31,190 bases of DNA from a virus (Duplodnaviria > Caudoviricetes): positions 1 to 31,190 of IMG/VR virus record IMGVR_UViG_3300030059_001160; one strand, given 5' to 3'. Shown here piece after piece: positions 25,906 through 31,190 of this stretch (position 1 is its first letter; each line of letters starts with the position of its first letter). The notes beneath the pieces were generated by a model, which made no database searches, was not told the DNA's origin, and was given only the letters and a program-made list of their open reading frames with translations. The translations under genes were made by a program, and so were the position numbers.

Positions 25906-26956
25906 AAATGTACACGAAGCACTGCCCCGAGGGTTAGATTTATTAGCGGAAACTGGAGTGTGTTTAGAAGGTAGTAGAAATGGGGTGGTTTACGAAGCCC
26001 CTACTCCTGTAACCACAGTATACAGCGAACCTACTGAACGAGTTATGTTTTGGGAACACCGTAATGCTAATCCATTCTTTCATTTTATGGAAGGATTGTG
26101 GATGCTGGCTGGAAAAAATGATTTAAAAACTATGTATCACTATGCTAAAAATATGAAAAACTACAGCGATGATAACAAGATTCTATGGGGAGCATACGGG
26201 TGGCGGTGGCGCAGGTTTTTCAAAATAGATCAACGAAAAATAGATCAATTAGATGTAATAACACACATGCTAGACCGAGACCCTGAAAATAGACGTGCCG
26301 TTTTACAAATGTGGGGTATAGAAGATTTAGCTCGTAAAGGTAAAGACGTTCCCTGTAATACGTGTGTATATTTTAAAATACGAGACGGAAAACTAAACAT
26401 GACCGTATCAAATAGGTCTAATGATATTATTTGGGGAGCATACGGTGCTAATGCCGTACATATGTCTATGCTTCAAGAATATATGGCAGGTAGGCTTGGT
26501 GTCGAAGTAGGTGTGTATAATCAAGTTAGTGACAGTTATCATGCTTATAAAGATATTTTTGATGATCTTTTACAGAAGTTTGTAGAAGATGATATACTAG
26601 ACTATTATGTACAGTCCTTACCTCATAATAAAATGAGAATGAATCCTTACATAAAAGGATCAGTGAGCCCATATCCTATGATGAATAAAAAGTATGAACC
26701 ACCTTTTCATCAAAACTCAGGTTTTAGGTGGGACTACGAACTTGAAGTCTTTTTGAAAAGAGAACCTTTTAAAGAACTACGTCAATCAACATTAGGTGGA
26801 ATAGATAGTTTTTGGGGAGACGTAGCTGTCCCTATCCAAGATACTTGGGCACATTGGAAAAATAACGACATAGATTCAGCCATGAAAAAGATAGAAGAGT
26901 GTAAAGCTACAGATTGGCGTAAAGCGTGTCTAGAATGGTTAGAGAGAAAATTATGA
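25886..26956 (+). CDS. Thymidylate synthase homolog, probable dUMP hydroxymethylase
   Basis: NPFFHFMEGLWML, GAYG.RW, RRAVLQMW, catalytic PCN (PCH in ThyA), NRSND.IWG...N and DSYHAY. The Asn at the specificity position indicates a dUMP substrate. Confidence 0.85.
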   Translation: MQVIKVRNVHEALPRGLDLLAETGVCLEGSRNGVVYEAPTPVTTVYSEPTERVMFWEHRNANPFFHFMEGLWMLAGKNDLKTMYHYAKNMKNYSDDNKILWGAYGWRWRRFFKIDQRKIDQLDVITHMLDRDPENRRAVLQMWGIEDLARKGKDVPCNTCVYFKIRDGKLNMTVSNRSNDIIWGAYGANAVHMSMLQEYMAGRLGVEVGVYNQVSDSYHAYKDIFDDLLQKFVEDDILDYYVQSLPHNKMRMNPYIKGSVSPYPMMNKKYEPPFHQNSGFRWDYELEVFLKREPFKELRQSTLGGIDSFWGDVAVPIQDTWAHWKNNDIDSAMKKIEECKATDWRKACLEWLERKL

Positions 26957-27633
26957 TATATCAATGGTCTTACAGTAGATTAGGTTGTTATGAAAGATGC
27001 CCTAAACAAGCAGAGTTTAAGTTTATAAAAAAGATAAAAGAGCCAGGAAGTGCTGCAATGGATAGGGGTAAAAATATCCATCAGTTATGTGAAGATTACA
27101 TACGGGGTAATATAGATAACATTCCTAAAGAGTTATCAGAGTTTGAAGAGGCTTTTGATTCCCTTAAAGAACTATACCTTTACGGTCATGTTATATGTGA
27201 AAGTGATTGGGCTATAACTAAAGAGTGGGAAAAAACAGGTTGGTTTGCTGAGGATACTTGGGGCAGAGCAAAGGTCGATGCGTTTGTTTATGAAGAAGGT
27301 ATAAGTAATGAGGCAAGAGTAATAGACTTTAAAACAGGTAGGTATCAAGGTAATCAAGAAGCGCACAGAGAACAGTGTGAGTTTTACGGTTCGGTAGCCC
27401 TTAAACGATACCCAGAACTTGAAAGCATAGTTACTGAGATGTGGTATTTAGACCACGGTAAGATAGATAGATACATATACACACCGGCAAGTATCAAAGT
27501 TAAACAAGAAAGGATACATGCTAGAGCTATGGCTATGACTACTGCAACAGAGTTCCCAGCTAAACCTTCTAGGTTTGGTTGCAAGTGGTGTCATTTCGGT
27601 AAAGAAAATATGTGTACAGAGGCAATACAATAA
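26953..27633 (+). CDS. PD-(D/E)XK exonuclease, Cas4/RecB-like, with putative Fe-S cysteines
   Basis: WSYSRL...RCP, RGKNIH, KVD, VIDFKTG and C-terminal CKWC...C. Probable start is ATG 26953. Confidence 0.85.
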   Translation: MIYQWSYSRLGCYERCPKQAEFKFIKKIKEPGSAAMDRGKNIHQLCEDYIRGNIDNIPKELSEFEEAFDSLKELYLYGHVICESDWAITKEWEKTGWFAEDTWGRAKVDAFVYEEGISNEARVIDFKTGRYQGNQEAHREQCEFYGSVALKRYPELESIVTEMWYLDHGKIDRYIYTPASIKVKQERIHARAMAMTTATEFPAKPSRFGCKWCHFGKENMCTEAIQ

Positions 27634-29516
27634 TGCAAGACCCTTTATTTCCACCTGACACACAGTGGTCAGCCCCTACGTCTTTCCCTGATTTAACGGG
27701 ACAAAAAGCCATAGCTATAGACCTAGAAACTAAAGATCCATGGCTTATGTCCCATGGTCCAGGATGGGCTTTCAGAGACAGAGGGTTTATCATAGGTATT
27801 GCGATAGCTAGTGAAAACTACAGAGCTTATTTTCCAGTAGCGCATGAAGTAGGTGGTAATTTAGATAAACAAGTGGTTTACAGGTGGCTTAAAAAACAAC
27901 TAGAAGCGCCTAACGATAAAGTTTTCCACAATGCTCAGTATGACGTAGGTTGGTTAATGAGAGAAGGATTTACTATCAACGGTAAAATTCACGATACTAT
28001 GATGGCAGCACCGTTATTAAACGAAAATCAATATGGGTACTCATTGAATAAAATAGGTAAGTTATATCTAAATGAAGAAAAAGATGAGACTATGTTAATA
28101 GAAGCCGCCCAAGTTTACGGGGTAAATCCTAAAGCAGAAATGTATCGTTTGCCTCCTGAATATGTTGGAACATATGCAGAACAAGACGCTGACTTAACCT
28201 ATAGGCTGTGGCAAAAATTGAAACACTTGATACATAAGGAAAATATTCACGACATATATAACCTAGAAAGTTCTTTACTACCTACTTTGATCGACATGCG
28301 TATGCGAGGGGTGAGGATTGATACCGACAAAGCGCAACAGGTTAAAAAACAGCTATTGACAGAAGAAAATAAATTAATAAAAGAAATACACAGGTGGTAC
28401 GGTCTTAAGCCAGACCTTTGGGCAGCACAATCATTATCTCAGGTATTTGACCGTGCTGGACTTGAGTACCCTAGAACACCTAAAACAGATGCGCCTAGTT
28501 TTCAAGCTAGTTGGTTAGAGGCGCACGACCACAAGTTACCCTCTACAATAGCTAGAGCTAGAAAGCTCAATAAAGCTAGAACTACTTTCATAGATAAAAT
28601 GATATTAGAACATTTAGTAGACGGCAGGATACATGGAGAACTCCATCCTTTACGGTCTGATGACGGTGGTACGGTAACGGGTAGGTTCAGTTGTTCAAAA
28701 CCTAATCTCCAACAAGTACCTGCTAGAGATCCTGTCATTGGTCCACTTATTCGCAGTCTGTTTATACCTGAAGAAGGTCATCACTGGGGTTGTTTTGATT
28801 ACTCTCAGCAAGAGCCTAGACTTACTGTGCACTATTCTGTTTTAACACATCAAGACGGTGCGGAAGAAGCAGCGATAGAGTACCACGACGACGATGCAGA
28901 TTTTCATCAAATAGTGGCAGACATGGCTAACATAAGCCGTAAAGAAGCTAAGTTGATTAACTTAGGACTCAGCTATGGGATGGGTAAAGAAAAATTAACG
29001 AAACAATTAGGTATTAGCCCAGAGGAGGCAGAGCTCCTTTTTGACCAGTATCATAAGCGCGTACCTTTCGTAAGGGGTTTAAGGGACTCCGCAGCGCGTC
29101 AAGGGGCTAATAGAGGGTATGTCAATACGATACTAGGGCGTAAGTGTAGGTTTAACTTATACGAACCTATAGATAGGAGAGCTATCCCATATCCTATCGA
29201 TAAAGCTATGGAGGAATATGGAGGGCAGTTAAAACGCGCTTTCACATATAAAGCTATGAATCGATTAATACAAGGATCTGCTGCAGACATGACAAAGCAG
29301 GCTATGTTAGATCTACATAAAGAAGGTATTATAGCCCACACTCAAGTTCATGATGAGTTAAATATATCCGTAAAAAACATAAAAGACTGTGAAAAAATTA
29401 TGGAAATAATGCGAGACTGTGTTAAGTTAAAAGTACCCAATAAAGTAGATGGAGAAATAGGGAAAAGTTGGGGTGATGTTATAGACTACAGAGAGTATTT
29501 CAATGGCAAGAGCTAA
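27633..29516 (+). CDS. polA: Family A DNA polymerase with 3'-5' exonuclease domain
   Basis: Exo I IDLET, exo II FHNAQYD, exo III YAEQDA. TVTGRFS, PNLQQ, motif A FDYSQQEPR, motif B RKEAKLINLGLSYG, IQGSAAD, motif C QVHDE. ATG at 27633 overlaps the upstream TAA. Confidence 0.97.
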   Translation: MQDPLFPPDTQWSAPTSFPDLTGQKAIAIDLETKDPWLMSHGPGWAFRDRGFIIGIAIASENYRAYFPVAHEVGGNLDKQVVYRWLKKQLEAPNDKVFHNAQYDVGWLMREGFTINGKIHDTMMAAPLLNENQYGYSLNKIGKLYLNEEKDETMLIEAAQVYGVNPKAEMYRLPPEYVGTYAEQDADLTYRLWQKLKHLIHKENIHDIYNLESSLLPTLIDMRMRGVRIDTDKAQQVKKQLLTEENKLIKEIHRWYGLKPDLWAAQSLSQVFDRAGLEYPRTPKTDAPSFQASWLEAHDHKLPSTIARARKLNKARTTFIDKMILEHLVDGRIHGELHPLRSDDGGTVTGRFSCSKPNLQQVPARDPVIGPLIRSLFIPEEGHHWGCFDYSQQEPRLTVHYSVLTHQDGAEEAAIEYHDDDADFHQIVADMANISRKEAKLINLGLSYGMGKEKLTKQLGISPEEAELLFDQYHKRVPFVRGLRDSAARQGANRGYVNTILGRKCRFNLYEPIDRRAIPYPIDKAMEEYGGQLKRAFTYKAMNRLIQGSAADMTKQAMLDLHKEGIIAHTQVHDELNISVKNIKDCEKIMEIMRDCVKLKVPNKVDGEIGKSWGDVIDYREYFNGKS

Positions 29517-29802
29517 CCTTAAAAAAATATATTTCAATATATATATGACCTATAACAACAATAATCTAACACTAGAAGACATAGGTCTTAAGCATAAAAT
29601 CACAAAACAACGAGTTTGGCAAATTATTCGGTTTTGCAAACTAGGGAATGGAAATTATTACGAAGGGTTAAAAAGATACAACGGTGCTTATGCTAAAATT
29701 AAACGTGCCCGTCCTGAATCAGACAGTGTAGAAATCAATGGTTTGTTGAGAGAGTGGTTACGGATAAACGATGTGAGGTTAATCAAATCAAAATATGGGT
29801 AA
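29503..29802 (+). CDS. Small HTH protein (sigma-70 region 4-like)
   Basis: LTLEDIGLKHKITKQRVWQI matches the TLxEIG......ERVRQI helix-turn-helix pattern. Confidence 0.65.
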   Translation: MARANLKKIYFNIYMTYNNNNLTLEDIGLKHKITKQRVWQIIRFCKLGNGNYYEGLKRYNGAYAKIKRARPESDSVEINGLLREWLRINDVRLIKSKYG

Positions 29803-30217
29803 GATAAATTCAAGGAATAAAGGCGCGTCTTTTGAAAGAGACATAGCCAGTAAGATTAATGAGTTTTTAGAAACTAATGAGGACAGATTTCCTAAGTTCA
29901 AAGATGTACCTAGAGTTAAAAGAAATTTAGATCAATATCAAGAAAAAGGTCTGGGAGATTTAGAGTTGCCAAATCACATTATTGAGTGTAAACGATATGC
30001 GTCTGGCAACTGGTACAAAAAAGATTGGTGGGAACAAACAGTAACAGCACGTGCGGGCAATATACCTGTTTTGATATGGAAATATAATCACCAACCCATA
30101 CGAGTTTGTTTACCTTTAAATGTACTCAGTAAAGATTGGAAATTTAGACAAAACACAGAAACTACTGCTGTGATAGAGTTTGAAACTTGGTTATGGACTC
30201 TTTGTTATAATGTTTAA
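29795..30217 (+). CDS. Holliday junction resolvase-like PD-(D/E)XK nuclease
   Basis: SRNKGASFERDIA, GD, IECKRY, WWEQ and PVLIWK motifs. Confidence 0.75.
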   Translation: MGKINSRNKGASFERDIASKINEFLETNEDRFPKFKDVPRVKRNLDQYQEKGLGDLELPNHIIECKRYASGNWYKKDWWEQTVTARAGNIPVLIWKYNHQPIRVCLPLNVLSKDWKFRQNTETTAVIEFETWLWTLCYNV

Positions 30218-30240
30218 GAACATGCCGAGGCTGAATAATA

Positions 30241-30573
30241 ATGGGTGAGGACGATAAAAACGACGATGATATGAAAAAATTGTTTGTAGATATCGTCCTT
30301 AACTCTACTGAAACGGCAGAACGTATTTTAGACTTTACCAAAACACTGATAGAAAATGAAAAGTTGCCTGCTCATGTTGTTCCCTCTAGTTTAATATTTG
30401 CTGGAGTTTTAAGCATGATTGAAGCAGCAGCACAACACGGTGAGAATCATAAAAGTGTTGAATTTTTGAACAGTATGTATTGGATGATAGATCTTGCTTT
30501 AGAAAGCTACACTAGTATAGAAGGAGAACTTAATATCGATACAGATGAAATTAATCAAAAAACATTACATTAA
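30241..30573 (+). CDS. Hypothetical protein
   Basis: 110-aa ORF with GAGG upstream; acidic; ends KTLH. Confidence 0.65.
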   Translation: MGEDDKNDDDMKKLFVDIVLNSTETAERILDFTKTLIENEKLPAHVVPSSLIFAGVLSMIEAAAQHGENHKSVEFLNSMYWMIDLALESYTSIEGELNIDTDEINQKTLH

Positions 30574-30579
30574 TAATGC

Positions 30580-30608
30580 TTTAAATACATAATAATCGGT
30601 TATATACT
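30580..30608 (+). promoter_or_regulatory. Putative sigma70-type promoter TTTAAA-N17-TATACT
   Basis: -35-like box at 30580-30585 and -10 box at 30603-30608, in the intergenic gap. Confidence 0.45.
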
Positions 30609-30638
30609 TTAGTTTACTATTAATAACTAAGTAAGTAC

Positions 30639-31079
30639 ATGACTAAAAAACGAAAATGTCTACATTGTGAAAAAAGCCACTCACGAATTAGAGCATTATA
30701 TTGTTCTAGAAAATGTAGTCAAAAACACCACACAAAAAGAAATCAAGAATCGTTTAAAATGGATTTTAAAGATGGACATCGACACGAAGCATCAGGGGGT
30801 GTTGACGATTTCGCCATGACTACGCATTCTGTGCCGCATCATATTTTACAAGAAGCTAAAAATCATTACGACCATACAAATTGTTTATACTATGAGGGGG
30901 AAAAAATAGTAGAAGACGTGGAAAAAGTTATGATAGTAACAAATAAAATTTTAAAGGAAACACTAACAGAAGCCAGTCAAGTTATAAAGAGCCGCAGACT
31001 AGCGAGAAGATTGAAATTAGTAAAGAAAGATGAATGGTACTTATACCCTTCTATGGCAACTACTTTTAACAGGTACTAA
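30639..31079 (+). CDS. Hypothetical protein with N-terminal Cys zinc-finger-like motif
   Basis: CLHC-x10-YCSRKC and a basic N-terminus. Confidence 0.65.
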   Translation: MTKKRKCLHCEKSHSRIRALYCSRKCSQKHHTKRNQESFKMDFKDGHRHEASGGVDDFAMTTHSVPHHILQEAKNHYDHTNCLYYEGEKIVEDVEKVMIVTNKILKETLTEASQVIKSRRLARRLKLVKKDEWYLYPSMATTFNRY

Positions 31080-31095
31080 TAAAAGGAAAAATCGT

Positions 31096-31190
31096 ATGAA
31101 TAGTGAACAGTTACAAAAAGTAATGTTTTGGGAAGATATAGAAATAGCAAGTCATGTGGCAAAGAAACGAAACTATAATCGACAAATTAA
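31096..31190 (+). CDS. Partial hypothetical protein (runs off the window end)
   Basis: AAGGA RBS, ATG at 31096, frame open to the end (MNSEQLQKVMFWEDIEIA...). Confidence 0.55.
   Translation, partial: MNSEQLQKVMFWEDIEIASHVAKKRNYNRQI

Noticed and set aside
25886-26956. Canonical thyA or dCMP hydroxymethylase
   Set aside because: It has PCN rather than PCH and sits in a hypermodification context, arguing against ordinary ThyA. The Asn (not Asp) at the specificity site argues against a dCMP substrate.
26953-27633. Cas4-like nuclease as evidence of a CRISPR-Cas system
   Set aside because: There is no array or other cas gene. Stand-alone Cas4-like nucleases are common next to phage polymerases.
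18518-29341. Short minus-strand ORFs across the replication arm
   Set aside because: All overlap motif-bearing + strand genes and show no independent coding signal.

Overview
AT-rich, gene-dense fragment of a tailed dsDNA phage genome, most likely podovirus-like and infecting a Gram-negative host. The gene content resembles uncultured aquatic or marine phages, but this is inference. No capsid, portal, terminase, integrase, tRNA, rRNA or CRISPR is visible. Left arm (+ strand, late/structural): (1) a tightly coupled curli-like secretion cassette of csgF-like, csgG-like lipoprotein, curlin-repeat protein 1, a secreted FecR-domain protein and curlin-repeat protein 2; (2) a lysis cassette with two spanin-like genes and a GH24 lysozyme but no obvious holin; (3) a tail-associated protein and five probable internal virion/ejection proteins. 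Next come a lone minus-strand SNF2 helicase and a ~390-bp AT-rich divergent intergenic region (candidate origin and promoters). Right arm (+ strand, replication): SSB-like protein, AEP-type primase, UvrD-like helicase, DenV-like glycosylase, a thymidine-hypermodification cluster (aGPT-Pplase clade 1, HD phosphohydrolase, MazG-like protein, TET/JBP-associated-type glycosyltransferase, dUMP hydroxymethylase-type thymidylate synthase homolog), Cas4-like nuclease, family A DNA polymerase (Leu762 type), HTH protein, resolvase-like nuclease and hypotheticals. The best candidates for new biology are the phage-encoded curli/amyloid export module with its FecR partner and the glycosyltransferase-containing base-modification pathway. 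All family calls come from motifs recognised by eye; no database searches were run.
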